Below, piece by piece: positions 25,640 through 39,680 of a DNA stretch of 64,000 bases. Source of the DNA: Octopus sinensis (taxonomy: Eukaryota); NCBI RefSeq assembly GCF_006345805.1, contig NC_042999.1:174344001-174408000 (forward strand), read 5' to 3'. The notes under the pieces were generated by a model. The model saw only the letters and a program-made list of their open reading frames with translations. It was not told the DNA's origin and did not search any database. A program made the translations under genes and the position numbers. Position 1 is the first letter of the stretch, and each line of letters begins with the position of its first letter.

Positions 25640-25875
25640 CTGTTCTATTTTTTGAGATGAGGAATTCTGTACATTATTTACATTAGACGGATATGTGCCC
25701 TCATCTTGTTTGTTGTTACCACAACGTTTCGGCTGATTTACTCTCTAGCCTTCATCAGGTGTCCTGGTAGGATTTTGAACCCAACCCTGGGTATTCCTAA
25801 GGTATTTTTTTGCAGATGTCATTATTATTATTTTTATTATCCGTCTATATATCCGTCTAATGTAAATAATGTATG
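25640..25875 (-). mobile_element. Penelope-like pLTR copy, same family as 2298-2554
   Basis: Homologous to 2298-2435, with a short inverted piece atccgtctaatgtaaataatgta at ~25851-25873. Confidence 0.75.
25720..25761 (-). ncRNA. Minimal type I hammerhead ribozyme
   Basis: CAC-CUGAUGA-AGGCU...AGCC-GAAAC-GUU-GUG. The palindromic AACGUU stem III is typical of dimer-cleaving minimal hammerheads. Confidence 0.65.
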
Positions 25876-26085
25876 TAATAAAAGAAATATGTTATTCGTT
25901 CCATCGAATTCTCTTTATGTTCACATTCATATTTTATCTTGTATTTTTCTTTGTTACAAAAATTACAATTATATTAGGTTAAAATAAAATATTGTTTAAC
26001 ACGTTTTATATTTGAGAAACATTCTCACACAAAAATAATATAATTCATACTTCCCTTTAAAATTCTTGATTTCTTTTAGAAATGG

Positions 26086-27900
26086 TTAAGCTGCAAGTAG
26101 CAAAATAAAAATAGCCAAGTTCATTAAACTGTACGAGCATTTGACAGTCAGGAATGGTGTATATACTTCGCATTTTCCAATTTTTTCAAAGCTTGTATTC
26201 TTTCTAAACCGTTGTGGGCATTGTATGCGCATAAGCATATCTAAGTGACTTTCTTGTAATCTGTTTCTAGATTTTAATTTAATTGTACTCATCAGATTGA
26301 ATAATTTCCACACAATCCGCACTTTATACTTGAATTGTTGAATATCAAAGAGCTGATAGATAGCATTAAAATTATGTTTTTACACTAAATGCTTCAAGAG
26401 GTCTTTTGTGAAGGATATATAATATTTAAAGCCATTTATTGACTATAGGTACAAGGATGTTTTCCTCATCAGAATTCATGATCTCTTTGTATTTTTTATG
26501 ATGTTTTGCTCTATAAAATGCTGTCGGTGCCAAAATCATTGGTGACTTCTAACATAAAAGAAGGAAAATCTTACCCTTCAAGTTCACTTGCATAAAGTCA
26601 TGTCTCCAAATGTACACAAAACAAGGAAAAAAATGTCAAAAAGTCCTTTGTCAAAGTCTTCTGTGCAGAATGCAATAATATTTTGAGCTGTGTTACTTTA
26701 GAAAACAATTGTCTCCAGATACTATTTTTTTTTATATCCGATAATTCTTTTGTTTCTTTAGCAGTAAGCCTTCAGTAGTGGTTAAACTCCTTTTTGGCAA
26801 CATATGCATGGTTCAGCAGACTCATCAAAAGTATCATTTATTGTGAACGTGACATTTTCTAAAGAATCCTCAAACGGCAGTATTTAATGACTGGATTATT
26901 ATTTTTATTTACTTCAATTTCAAAGTAATTCAGAAAGATTCCATAATTTTGTACAAGCACATTGACAGTGATATGTCTTCATAACCACTGCACCTCATTG
27001 AGTGCACAAAATGGCAAAGTTTCATATACCATAACATTGCCTTTTCTTTCAAATTTGATATTTAAAACTTTTGGTACACATAAAACTGTATAGATTGTCT
27101 TGAGTAAAGGTTCTGTTTCTGTCACTTTTAGAAGAGTATTCCAAGGCCTTATAGAAATTTCTGCACGCTTTATAATCAATTCGTTGCAAGAATCCACTTT
27201 AAATCTTCTCCAATTGGTTATATAGCTTTCAGTGGCTATTTTCCTCAATTTGAAATAAAAGATAAGCATTTTGCTAACAGAACTATCTGTACTTTCATCA
27301 AAGATTAATGTATGTTATTTTGATTGTCGAATTTCCAACGTCATATCTGAATGGATAATGCCATTCTACAAGCTGAAATGCATAGTTTTTACTACGCCAA
27401 CCTATTGGCAAGGGTACGTATTCGGCCATATGATCCTGTATATATATTGTACAGAGTTCATTGAAGCGTATATTTGTATTGCGAATAACATAATGTCTCT
27501 GAGACTTTATTTCATTTGCCTTGGAAGCCTTTATTTCTTTCACTTCTGTTCTCTCTTTATGTGAAACACCCTCAAAAAGTACTTATAATGGTTGAATAAT
27601 CCTGTTTCTAAGAATTTCGATAGCAGAAATATGTTGCTTCTGAGATAAATGCCTTTTCAACTAATCCAATTTCCACCCCTCACTGTATGTTGTTTTGTCA
27701 GTAGTAAACACGTTAGAGACTTTTGCTTCACTAAAAATTTGACAGATTAACCTTGACTTCATTGTATTGGAAGATTTCTTTCAATTGAATTACTGTACGA
27801 TTCCTTGATTTTAGTGTTTCTGCTTCTACTTTTGTGATAAGCCAATCATCTTAAATTGAAAGCAAGACATTTTCAGGCTGTACTTGTGTTACATTCCGGT
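26086..27900 (-). pseudogene. Degraded hAT transposase
   Basis: C-terminal dimerization motif FNLMSTIKLKSRNRLQESHLDMLMRI (26086-26322). Catalytic-Asp motif LIFDESTD..VSKMLIFYFK near 27260-27310. Confidence 0.7.
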
Positions 27901-28499
27901 TTTTGCTTTACCATCATAATGATTTATTATTATATCTATTTTTATTATATTATTTTTATATTGGAAAGAAAAAATATATTAATTATATTTATTATAGTTG
28001 TTAACAATTATGTTTGTTAAAAAAATTAACACAAAAATTTGACTAATGAAGTTTATAGTGATAAATTTGATTAATCTTAGCCAGTTAGAAAGTTAATTAG
28101 GAAAGTCAATATAATTCCCACCATTTTTATTCATTATCAATTATTGGCTTCTGCTATTATACATCTCACGGTCAGCTATCATGCACCATATCTTATGAAG
28201 TCGAATCGAGACTGTCGTTCTCGGTTATCCAAGTGGTCCAACAGGACATTTCAGGGAAGTGGGCAATACTTTATTATAGATAAATACTTAGCCAAAAAGC
28301 GTATTGTAAAGCCAGGCACTCTGGAAATATCTGGCAAAAGTGAGAACGACGAATAAGATTTTAAAAATTTAATTTATTCTGGGATGTTATTTGTCTGCAT
28401 TTTTAGCAGGCCGAGGTACCATCCGTATGTATGTGTATGTGTGAGTGTATATATGCGCATGCATACATGCATAACTACATGCATATATACATTTGAAAC

Positions 28500-29240
28500 A
28501 CTTTTGCAATAAAGGATCAGGTAATAACTACAAAATACCTGATGTACAGCAAGGTCAAAGATTCGAGTAAATTCCAGATATGACAACTGAAGTAGGCTCT
28601 ATGAAATAATACTAAGGATATCACCCACACCATAAGTGGCTGCCCGATAATAGTCTCATGGTACTACTGGTCTATGAGACAAGATTTCAGGATTTGAAAA
28701 TTATATAATGCGTGGAAAGGATGATCCTGAGGAAACAAATATAAGAAGCGATGTGCAGGGCATAATCACACATAATTGGAGAGATCACTGATGATACTTG
28801 TCAAGACTTCATTAAGAAGCGACCGCAACACGCCAAGCATAATGATCTAATGCAGAGAAAACTTTTTTCACAGTAGTTGAAACCAGTTGCCCAGCAGATG
28901 TCAACATGATGTTAAAGATTAATGAAAAAGAAAACATCTATACCAGTCTGTTGAGAAATGTGCTGTTTCGCCATTCGGATTATAACTTTAGATTTATACG
29001 AATAATTATTTGAGCAGTTGGCTACGTGACTAACTGCTTGGTTAGATAATAAAATTTTGCCTGAACATACAGTTTACTATCTCTCTCTCTCTCTTTATCA
29101 CCTCCCCATATCTGAGTATTCTACATTCCCCGCCCGCTCTTCTGTGTAATTTCAAATTCACAAAACCAGAAAGAACACAATCAGATGATTACAGCTTCAA
29201 GTTGTCAATGGTACTGTCAGAGCATGTAAAACATTCATGT
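28500..29240 (+). pseudogene. Degraded R4/Dong LINE 3' fragment
   Basis: Remnants of ITTKYL...CR...HHTISGCP, VETSCPADVNM and YTSL...IRIII*AVGY. Confidence 0.55.
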
Positions 29241-29330
29241 GCACATACATATGTATATATATAAATATATATATATGTATGTGTTGTGTGTGTGTGCGCG
29301 CGCGCGTGTACGTGTGTGTGTACATACACA

Positions 29331-29546
29331 CGAGTGGTGTGCTGAAAAGTTACTGGCTTTAAGTAAAAGAAAATACAAGAGGATCAGTTAATTATGATTT
29401 TATACAATATATTCCCCTCTCAGATTCACACACTTGCAACTGTCCTTTAGTTTTTCTAAGCCCTAAAAAAGAACTCGGAAGGTTGGGCCTCCAGCCAGAC
29501 CCTTTTGCGATACCCTTAAAGCCAGAAGCTTTTCAGCACCCCCTCG
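29331..29546. mobile_element. mariner-type MITE
   Basis: TIRs cgagtggtgtgctgaaaagttactggcttt and aaagccagaagcttttcagcaccccctcg. Confidence 0.75.
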
Positions 29547-29556
29547 GGAATATAAA

Positions 29557-29878
29557 AAGAACTGGCACTTCGTCAATTACGACGACGAGGGTTCCAGTTG
29601 ATCCGATCAGCAGAACAGCCAACTAGTGAAATTAACGTGCAAGTGGCTGAGCACTCTACATGCACGCGTACTCTTACTCAAGAAGATTCAACGTGACACA
29701 GGAATTGACAACGCTAGCCCTTTGAAATACAAGTACTGCTCATTTTTGCCAGTTGAGTGAGCTGGAGCAACGTGAGATAAAGCATCTTGCTCAAAGACAC
29801 AACGCGCTGCCGGTAATCGAATTCATGACCTTAGAATTGGGAGACGAAAACCCTAATGACTTAGACACGCGCCTTCAC
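29557..29878 (-). mobile_element. tRNA-derived CORE-type SINE
   Basis: Minus strand reads ggcgcgtgtctaagtc...aattcgattacc...gttgtgtctttgagcaagatgc...cactcaactggcaaaaatgag, followed by a distinct 3' module. Confidence 0.75.
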
Positions 29879-29904
29879 CGCATATATATATATATATATA
29901 TATA

Positions 29905-31482
29905 CAGTGGGGGGAAATAAATATTCGTACATGTCAAAATTCTTTATTTATTTAATTTCTAATGAACATAAATGGGATACACCAATACTATATTTGCATA
30001 CAGATGCATAAACTAAGAATATGCAAAAGAAACTAATAAATTATAGTAACTAATGAATTTATATACAGTTATAAATATTTAGGGGTGAAAAAAGTATTCG
30101 TACAGAATATATTTATGATTTTCTATGCCACAAAATACTGTTAAAATATTTTTTTTACTAGAACTTTCTCGTTTGTTCCAATAATCTTATCAGTTGTCAT
30201 TTTTAAGTGTCAAAACGCTAGCTTCATCATTCAGCACTGAGACAACATAAAGTGGTATCGTAATAATGGCGAAAAGTAAAGAACTCACAAATTCAGTGAA
30301 AATTTTAATTATTGAACAATGGAAAGCAGGTAAAAGTTACAGGAAAATATCAGACACCCTTTGTATTCCATTTTCTACCATATCTTCATTTATTCAAAGA
30401 TATTAAAAAAAATCAGGAACTGTTGAAAACAGAATAAGATCTGGTGCACCATGCAAGATTTTCCCTGATCTTTAAGAAATATGAAGCCAAGAATCGAAAA
30501 AAAAACCCCAATGATCACCAGAAAGGAGTTGCAAGAAGATTTGTTAGCTTCAGGGACAATCAGCAATGAACTTCATAGGAATTAACTGAAGTCACGCTCT
30601 CCTAAAAAAACTCCACTGTTGACTAAAAGGCATAGAGATGCCCATTTAAAATTTGTTTATGAACATAAAGTTAAATCTGATACATTCTGGGGAAATGTTC
30701 TATAGACAAACGAGTCAAAAATGGAATTGTTTGGACAAAATTCGCGTAGCCATGTTTGGAGGAAAGATGGTACCACCTATTCGCCGAAAAACACAATTCC
30801 TACTGTAAAGTTTGGAGGTGGGGGTATTTCTCTGCAAAGGGTACTGGCAATTTACATGTGATAGATGGTAGAATGAATGCAGAGATGTACCAAAATATTT
30901 TGAACAATAATTTATGGGACTCTGTAGAAAAGCTCCAGCTGTGTGAAGGGTAGGTTTTACAACAGGATAACAATCCTAAGCACACGGCGAAGTCTATCAA
31001 AAAATGGATTGTCGATCACAATATAAAATTATTAGAATGGCCAAGCCAGTCCACTGACTTGAACTCCATTGAAAATTTGTGGCGTTATTTGAAAATTACA
31101 ATTCATTCAAGAGTCCCAAAGTGCATTACAGATTTGAAGAAAATTTGTCAAGAAGAATGGGACAAAATTCCTAAAGAAACATGCAAGTTATTGATTAAGA
31201 ACTACAAGAAGAGATTGGTTGAAGTGGAACTGAATAATGGTTATGCTACGAAGTATTAAATCAGAATTATCAGCTATTTATGTTCTGTACGAATGCTTTT
31301 TTCCCCTCTAAATATTTATAATTGTAAATAAATTCATTAGTTACTATAATTTATTAGTTTCTTTTGCATATTCTTAGTTTATGCATCTGTATGCAAATAT
31401 AGTATTGGTATATTCCATTTATGTTCATTAGAAATTAAATAAATAATTTTGACACATTACGAATATTTATTTCCCCCCACTG
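29905..31482 (+). mobile_element. Tc1-family DNA transposon (IR/DR type), full length, disrupted transposase
   Basis: TA-CAGTGGGGGGAAATAAATATTCGTA...TACGAATATTTATTTCCCCCCACTG-TA. ~210-bp TIRs with an inner attcgtac repeat. Transposase 30266-31259 with QQDNNPKH, WPSQSTDLNSIENLW and C-terminal GYATKY. Confidence 0.95.
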
Positions 31483-31519
31483 TATATATATATATATATA
31501 TATTATATATGCATACATA

Positions 31520-31556
31520 TGTAGTAGTAGTAGTAGTAGTAGTAGCAGCAGCAGCG

Positions 31557-31606
<50 letters not shown>
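31520..31606. repeat. (GTA)n-(GCA)n-(GTA)n compound microsatellite
   Basis: Directly visible. Confidence 0.95.
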
Positions 31607-31607
<1 letters not shown>

Positions 31608-33900
31608 AGGATGGGAAACCTAATGCAGAAGTTAGAACGTTCTGGAGTAATATTTGGGGTAAGCCAGTCAATCATAATGGAGATGCAGTATGGTTTTTAA
31701 AAAAGTGAAGGAAGCAATAGTGAGTGAGAAACAGCCAGATGTAAGATTAATTAGTGCATTAATGAGTAAAGTGTTAAGGAAAATGCAGAATTGGAAGGGC
31801 CCGGAACCAGCTTTAGTTCAAGGGTACTGGTTAAAGAAATTTAGTAATTTACATAGGAGCTGAGGGAACAACTTCAGGATCGCCTTAATTGAGGAATAAT
31901 ACCAGATCGGATGACTAGGGGGAGAACAATACTACTTATGAAAGATAAAAGCTAGGGTGTTACAGTTAGCAACTATAGACCAATCACTTGCTTACCATTA
32001 GTGTGGAAGCTGTTAACAGGAATGCTTTCAGAAAGCATTTACGAACACCTTGACAACCAGAATTAACTGCCAGAAGAACAGAAAGGTTGCAGGAAGAAGG
32101 CGAGAGGAACGCATGATCTATTATACATAGACAAAGCAGTTGTAAATGGAGTAAAATCTAGAAAGCAAAATCTAACAATAGCCTGGATAGATTTTAAGAA
32201 AGCCTATGACATGATCCTACACTCATGGATAAGTGAATGAGTATATTCAGTATAGCAGACAACATAAGAGAAGTAATTAGTCTTAGCATAGATAAATGGA
32301 AAGTAGACCTCTACTCAGGTGACTCAATATTAGGGAAAGTTAATATTAAGAGAAGAATTTTCCAAGGGGACTCGTTATCCCCTTTGATATTTGTCTTATG
32401 TTTGATCCTCCTCAGTTTAGTATTAAAGAATGCAAAGGCATGGTATCAGTTCAGAAATAATAAGGGAAAAATTAACCATTTGCTCTATATGGATGATCTG
32501 AAGCTTTTTAGTAAGAATGAAAAAGAGATAGGTTCCTTAATACAAACTGTAAGACTCTTAAGCAAATATATAGGCATGGAATTTGGCATAGATAAGAGTG
32601 CAATATTAGTCATGAGAAGAGGACAGGTACTCAACAGCGAAGGCATCTAATTACCAGATGGCCAGACATTAAAATCATTGAAAGGAGAGAGCTATAAGTA
32701 TATAGGAGTATTAGAATCTGACAGAGTACTAACTATAGAAATGAAAACGAAAATTAAGGAGTACATCAGATGGTGAGGAAGCTAATGAAGCCAAAGCTAA
32801 ATGCTCCGAATTTAGCGATGACTGTAAATACTTGGGTAGTATCATTACTTACTCAGCAGCTTTTGTAGATTGAACGAAAACTAAATTAGCAAAACTAGAC
32901 AGAACTAGGAAGGAATTCAATATGAATGGAGGACTCCATCCAAGGGCAGGAGTAGCAAGATCATACCTACCTAGAAAAGAAGGTGAAGAGGGTTAATATC
33001 AGTAGAAGACTGCGTGGAGCTAGCTAGAGTAGATATAGACTCCTATGTAGGTAATAGTGAAGAAAGTTTATGAAGAGCTGCTAGAGTCACAGCAAGACAT
33101 AGGGAAACCAAAAACCCAAACGAAGTTAAAAGCAGAAAAAAGGACAGAACTTATCTGACTGGCAGAAGAAGGCTTTGCATGGTAGATTCTCAAAGACAGT
33201 TACAGAAAATAGTAGTAGTGAGACATGGTTATTGTTGCAGAAAGGAAGGCTGAAAGGGAGACAGGAAATTTGTTAGTAGCAGCACAAGATCGAGCGTTAA
33301 GGATTAATTGGATAAAAGCCAAGATAGACAAGAATCAAGTAGACTCCCAATGTAGGTTATGGCAAATCAAAAGAGGAAAGCGTTACTTATATAGTAAGTG
33401 AATGTAGCATGCTGGCACAGAAAGAATACAAGAAAAGACATGACAACCTAGGCAGAGTAATCCACTGGGAGATATGTAGAAAGCTAGGATTTGAATATAC
33501 TGATAAATGGTATGAACATGAACCTAGAAAGTAAGAAATATAAGATGTTGTGGGACTTTAACATTCAGACTGACAGATTAATAGAAGCTAGAAGGCCTGA
33601 TTTAGTAGTAGTTTATAAAGAGAATAGCAAGTGCCAGATAATTGACTTTACAGTTCCAAATGATGAAAAATATCAATATGAGAGGTATACAAAAAATAGC
33701 ATAGAATCAAGACTTAGCCATTACAGAGACTATCGAAAGCGCGGGTAAAATGTATCCCAATAGTTTTAGGTGTATTGGTAACTATCCCTAAAAATATGAA
33801 CAGATGAATAGAGTAAATAGGCATAAGAGCCAGTTTAGTACAGTTCCAGAAAACAGTGTTATTAGGGACAGCTAAGATACTTACGAGGATTCTTAGCATC
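31607..33900 (+). mobile_element. R4/Dong-clade non-LTR retrotransposon, 5'-truncated, disrupted (RT, CCHC, RLE endonuclease)
   Basis: [79 protein letters not shown] and QKTVLLGTAKIL. Confidence 0.92.
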
Positions 33901-34155
33901 ATTGCAAAAGTCCTACTGTATTCTCCAACTGGACAGACAAACGAACATCTTAAGAAAACTTTAATATATTGCTACTGATGGTAGTAAATACATTTGACTT
34001 CTGCTAACCCAAAGGGTGCAGACTCTTTTGCCTCTATGGCTGACTTCCCCACCATCTGCCGAATCTATTTATAGACCTGCAGAATATAATCTATTCCCCA
34101 AACTGCTACCCAACTATCTCCTCAAAGAATGGTAGTGATGGTGATGGTGATACTG

Positions 34156-34197
<42 letters not shown>

Positions 34198-34378
34198 TGC
34201 AGCAGCTCTAATACTAAATACTACTAATACTACAATAATACTACAACTACTACTATTATGATAGCACAGGAATCTGAGGCCGAACCATCATCCTTACCAC
34301 TACCCCCACCCCTGCTACTGTTGCTGTTGCTGCAACTACTGCTGCTACATAAAAACAATAATATCAGTGATGATGTTG

Positions 34379-34412
<34 letters not shown>

Positions 34413-34417
<5 letters not shown>

Positions 34418-34971
34418 GCCCTGATGCAGTACCAGGCAGTGGCTCTCATGGCTTCTGATCTTAACTGATTGGAAGTGTTATCATGTACATTGTTTTGTCT
34501 TGGTATAAAAGATGGGATACAGCAAATATTCTGCTCAATACCACAGATTTGCTTGTCAGTTGTTTGACCTTAACCAGTTGAGCATGTCGCTTAGTGGCTG
34601 ACGATATGTGCATCTCTGATCACGAGCAGAAGTAGTGGGGGAGCATCATAGCCATGTGTTGAGAGGGATTCTTTGGGGTTTGAATAGTTCACCTCTGGCA
34701 ACATGGGTGGTTCTTTCAACATCCTTAAACAACCCTTATTCAGGGACCTTTTGAGCGGGATGGGCTACTCAACCTGAAGAAAATTCTAACTGGGCCCCAC
34801 CTGCAAGGTCATGTGCTGTTTATCTTGATATGAGATCATCATGTCGCGCACATATGGTTGTGATGCATGTACCTGGTGTACCTTTATCAGACGGGTAGTC
34901 ATGATGGGTATATTGGGCTTCGTATATTTTACCCCAGTGTCACTTTGATGGCATGAACTGCTCTCTCACTC
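34413..34971. mobile_element. Non-coding interspersed repeat inserted in (TAA)n (probable Dong 3' UTR or non-autonomous derivative)
   Basis: Bounded by (AAT)n on both sides. catccttaaacaacccttattcagggacctttt recurs inverted at ~46423-46455. Confidence 0.55.
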
Positions 34972-34989
34972 AATAATAATAATAATAAT

Positions 34990-37706
34990 GAAAGGAAACG
35001 GGTGGAGCCTCCTTCTCCTCATGAGCTGATTAATGATACATCTAATGATAGTGTCACAATACAAACACTGGTAATTGCGAAACCTGATAATAGCTACCTC
35101 ATATGAGTGAATAACGGTGGTAATGAAACTGAAGCCAATGATGGTGACAGTGTTACACCCGGTAAGCTTGGAGATTCTGGTCCGGCTCCAGCCTGTCGAT
35201 ATCCAGGAAAGGACCACCACACACATCGTAGATGGAGCAAGCAAATTAATGCTGTGGTCATGGAATATTACTACCTGAGCAGCCCGGTAGATGAAAATGG
35301 TGCTCAAATTGGTGGTTATCGAGAGAAAAGGGATTGTTTCAACTCACGGAACAGAGACTATGCGATCAAGCTGGAGCAGTAAAAAAGAAATTGTTGGTTC
35401 ACAGAAGTAGAGCTCGAAGCTATCAAAAGACGGGTCATGGAAAATAGCAGCAGAGATAACAATGAAAATACAGTTCTTACTAATAAGAGTAATCCCATAG
35501 CAAAGGAGAGGAGCAGTGGTAGTTTACTTGATGAGAGACATATAGATGATCGAAAAGAAGACAATAAAACTAATTGCTACATGACAGATGAAAAAAAGGC
35601 AATCTACGATAGAATGACGATGAGACTACAGAAGAACGATGGCGACATTATTTGCAACCTTAAAAAGGTGGATTGATGGAAATTGAACCAAGAAACGAAA
35701 AATGTCAATGAAATTCTGAAAAACATCAGAACAAACAACATCACAGAAACAAATAATTTGATCAAGGCAGCAAGTATTGTTGTAATAGAAAATGTGGGTG
35801 TCGATGTCAAGAAAAAGAAACATAATGGGAGTGGCAAAACAAAAGATCCATGGTGGAAAAGAAGAATCCAGACAGGGTTATACATGCTCTCGAAGGAAAT
35901 CTCTGTGTTAGACCGAAAAGAGAAAGGGGAATACAGGGCGCTGAAAAAGGAAGTATAATATTGAAAGAAAGGACCTGAAACTAGTAATGGAGGAACTGAA
36001 GCAGCGCCTCGTTGCAAAGAAAGCAAAGATGGTAAGATACGACCAAACAATGAAAGGTTACCACCAGAATAGGTTATTCAGAGTAGATCAGAAGAGATTC
36101 TATAAAGAAATAAATGGAGAGTGTACAGATGAAAAGTTGATACCAGATAACATTGAAAGTCAAAGGTTTTAGAGTGACATCCGGAGCAAAGATAAATATC
36201 ATAAGAAGGATGCTGAATAGTTGAATGGTTGCAAGAACTGAAACGAACAGTAGTGTTCCAAAACAGGCGGAACTAGTCATTTCAGTTAGGGAAGTGAAGG
36301 AACTCAGTAAAAAAATGAGCAACTGGTAGGCCCTGGGACCAGGTGGAGTTCAAGACTACTTGATCAAAAGATTTGGTGAATGTCATGCGCGAATAGCTGC
36401 GCAACTCAACACCTTGTTAAACGCCGACCAAGTAACACCAGAGTGGTTGACATTGGGTAGGACAGATCTGTGCCTGAAAAACATCGAAAAAGGCAATACG
36501 GTAGACAATTACAGGCTAATATCCTGTTTGCCACTTATGTGGAAGTTATTGACTGGAATACTCGCAGAGTCAATGTACGAAAATCTGGAAAAAATGGAGT
36601 CCTGCCACATGAGCAGAAGGGTTGCAAGCGTAAGTGCAGAGGTACCAAGGATCAGCTCCTGATAAACAAGACTACACTTAGAAACTGCAAGAAGAGAAAA
36701 AGTAATTTAGCCATATCATAGATCGACTATCGTAAGGCGTACGATATGATCCCACATTCTTGTATTATGGAATGTATGAACCTATTTGGTATTGCATCGA
36801 ATGGTGAGCGATTGCTGGGAAAAAGTATGACGCATTGGAGGACGGACCTGAAAGCATACGGAAGAAGTTTAGGGACAGTAGAAATCAGGATGGGCATCTT
36901 CCAAGGCGACTGCCTGACACCACTGATCTTTCTACTGTCCATGATACGACTAACACTGATTCTCGGGAAAGCAAAAGCTGGGTATGTATTAAAAAGCCGC
37001 CAACAGAAAGTCAACCATTTGTTATTCATGGATGATCTCAAACTTTATGGTAAAGATGAAGCCCAAGTCAGTTTCCTCGTTGATACGATATATACCTTCA
37101 GTGCTGATATCAGAATGCAGTTCGGACTGAGAAGGTGTGGTGTGTTAGTCTTGAAGAGAGGCAAAATCAAATGTATGGACGGGCTAACGATACCGTCGGG
37201 GTGATTATGAAGCAGATAGAAGAGACGGGCTATAAGTACTTGGGGATTTTGGAAATGGATAAATTGATGGTGAAAGAAATGACATAAAAGTTTAAGGTGG
37301 AGTACTTGCGCAGACTGAGACTGATCCTTATGTCGAAATTAAACGGACGGAATAAGATTGAAGCTATCAACACCTGGGCGGTTTCACTCCTTAGATATGG
37401 AGTGGGGGTAATCGCATGGACAGTAGATGAACTAAACAGCTTAGACAGAAAGACAAGGAAGTTGCTAACTAGATATGGGTCACTTCACTCAAAAAGCGAC
37501 ACAAGACAGACTGTTTGTACCAAGTAAAAGAGGGGGAAAGGACTTATTGGATGCGAACACAGTATTGGAGGAGAAACAACATAGCATGGTATTAAGAATG
37601 TCACAGGACCGCTATTATTAGAAGTAGGAAGGTCAGGTTTGTATAGGATGAAAGATTGACAAGATAAAGTACCACACAAGAAATTGAAAACGAATGAAAC
37701 TGACAC
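34990..37706 (+). mobile_element. R4/Dong-clade non-LTR retrotransposon with N-terminus, 3'-truncated, disrupted
   Basis: N-terminal [72 protein letters not shown] and YKYLG. Starts right after (TAA)n. Confidence 0.92.
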
Positions 37707-38015
37707 TCCAGGTGCCAATCGCCCTTTCTTGGTCTACGCTTGATCCAGGACTGTAGCTCTATCAATGAGACATGCTGCGGAAAATCCTGCCTAACAAAAG
37801 GCGACCACATCTGCTCAGTTAAGAAAACGTTAGAGATATCGAAGCCTCATCGCATGTCTGCGCATCATTATCCACGGCATGCCCAGTCCTCCACTCAGCG
37901 GCCATTGACAGCATATGGACCATCTGACGAGTGGAACACGACCCTTTAACAGAAAGCGGAAGAGCAAGCGCTCCAACTTTGTCAGCCATGAAGCAGGACA
38001 AGGGACGACGAGCAG

Positions 38016-38080
<65 letters not shown>
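38016..38080. repeat. (AGT)n microsatellite
   Basis: Directly visible. Confidence 0.95.
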
Positions 38081-38081
<1 letters not shown>

Positions 38082-38859
38082 TCGTCATAAACATTATTGG
38101 TAACAATAAAGATTATGATGATGAAAATGATGATAACATTGATCATCCTCAGTATCATCATTGTCGTCGTCATCATCATCATTATCAGCAGCAGCAGCAG
38201 CATCAAACCCTTTCATACGTTTCGAAATAAAGTGATTCAGTGTAATGCAATGTCCTTTCTTCGTTGACTTTTTTATCCTCTTGTCGGACTTATACCATTT
38301 TAATTTTACCAGATAAAATACAGTTTTATTATTGATTTAGTGACGGTTGAGAGCGAAACAATGGATAAAAAATCTTTTTTGTAAAGTAGAAAAACAGAAG
38401 AAGAATAAAAAAAATAGTAAAAGCCGTTTTTCTAAATTTTTATCGGGTATCTGAAGAATTCGGTAAGTTAAATTTATTGAAATTTTGTCCCATGCCGTTA
38501 GTGTTTATTTGATTAAATTTGATAAAGACTGATGTGTTTCGGAAAACTATAGATGGGAATTCAGATTCCTTTGAGACGGGGCCTTTTTCAGAGATTTTTC
38601 AGATTTCTTCTTTTTTCTACTTTGAATTTTCTAATTGATAAAACTAAGATGTGCTCATGAGCCTGAAATTGATTTAGTGAGTTTTGAAGAAAGAAACATC
38701 AGAGAAATGGAGAGACTGAATCGAGAAATATATTGAAACTGAAATTCAGAAGCCGTGGTCTACGTAGCACAAGTAGCGTTTACGAACGCCAGAGAGACAT
38801 TGCATATACAGAAAAGCATCGGGGCAACAGAGAGGACACTTTAAGGACAGACTGAATAA

Positions 38860-39680
38860 TCATAGATGATCTTGTAGGGTCCAGGAAAGGCAAAATGTCA
38901 CAACTTCAGGCAGTCATATATGGCGATTTAAAAGAAGCAACATCGTATAACATCACCTGGAAGTTATTGAAAGGTCTAGATAGTATCTTAATGGAAGTAG
39001 GAGATGCAGGCACAATTTGGCGGAGAAGAGGATCATTTTCCGCCAAGCAATGCGTTTTCCTAACCTTGGAAGGCAAAAGTCGCTCCAGTGCAACTCGATC
39101 ATGCCTGGTTTTATACTTTCTAGGAGCAAGGACTGAGCAACCGGCAACAATGTGATCAATGCTCTCAAGTTTGTCATTTCAGAGTCTACACTTTGTGCCT
39201 ACCTCATTGTATGTGACATTAGCGTGATAGTCCCGGGTGAGGAGACTCTGATTTTGTGCCGCAAGGACAAATCGTTCTGTTTCGGCCTTCAAACCAGCAC
39301 CCTGCAACCACTGAAGAGTTCTTCTCATAACTACATCAGCTTCCCCATCTCGTTTGGAGTATTTCTCATGCAATGGTTTTTCTTACCACAGTCTCGATAT
39401 TTCATGCAGGCTTTCCTGTTTGGCTTTTGTTTTACACCTTTTTTTTTTGCTGCCTTAGTGGATCATGGTGTTAGCTGTCAGTTTACCACGTTTGAATGAA
39501 ATTTTTACATATTTGTCAATGCCAAATTCCATATCGATATCATCACTGAATGTTTTTCACAATTACTAGTAACCCTTTTAGATCCTTGTCATCTTTTGCA
39601 TATAATTTCAGATCATCCATGTAGAGCAAGTGTGATACGATCTTATCAAACATTTTGCAACCATAATTAGTTCTATTCAG
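38860..39680 (-). pseudogene. Degraded, internally deleted R4/Dong LINE
   Basis: HLLYMDDLKLYAKDDK at ~39590-39635 and QWLQGAGLKAETERFVLAAQNQSL...CRL (ORF 39179-39373). Confidence 0.8.
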
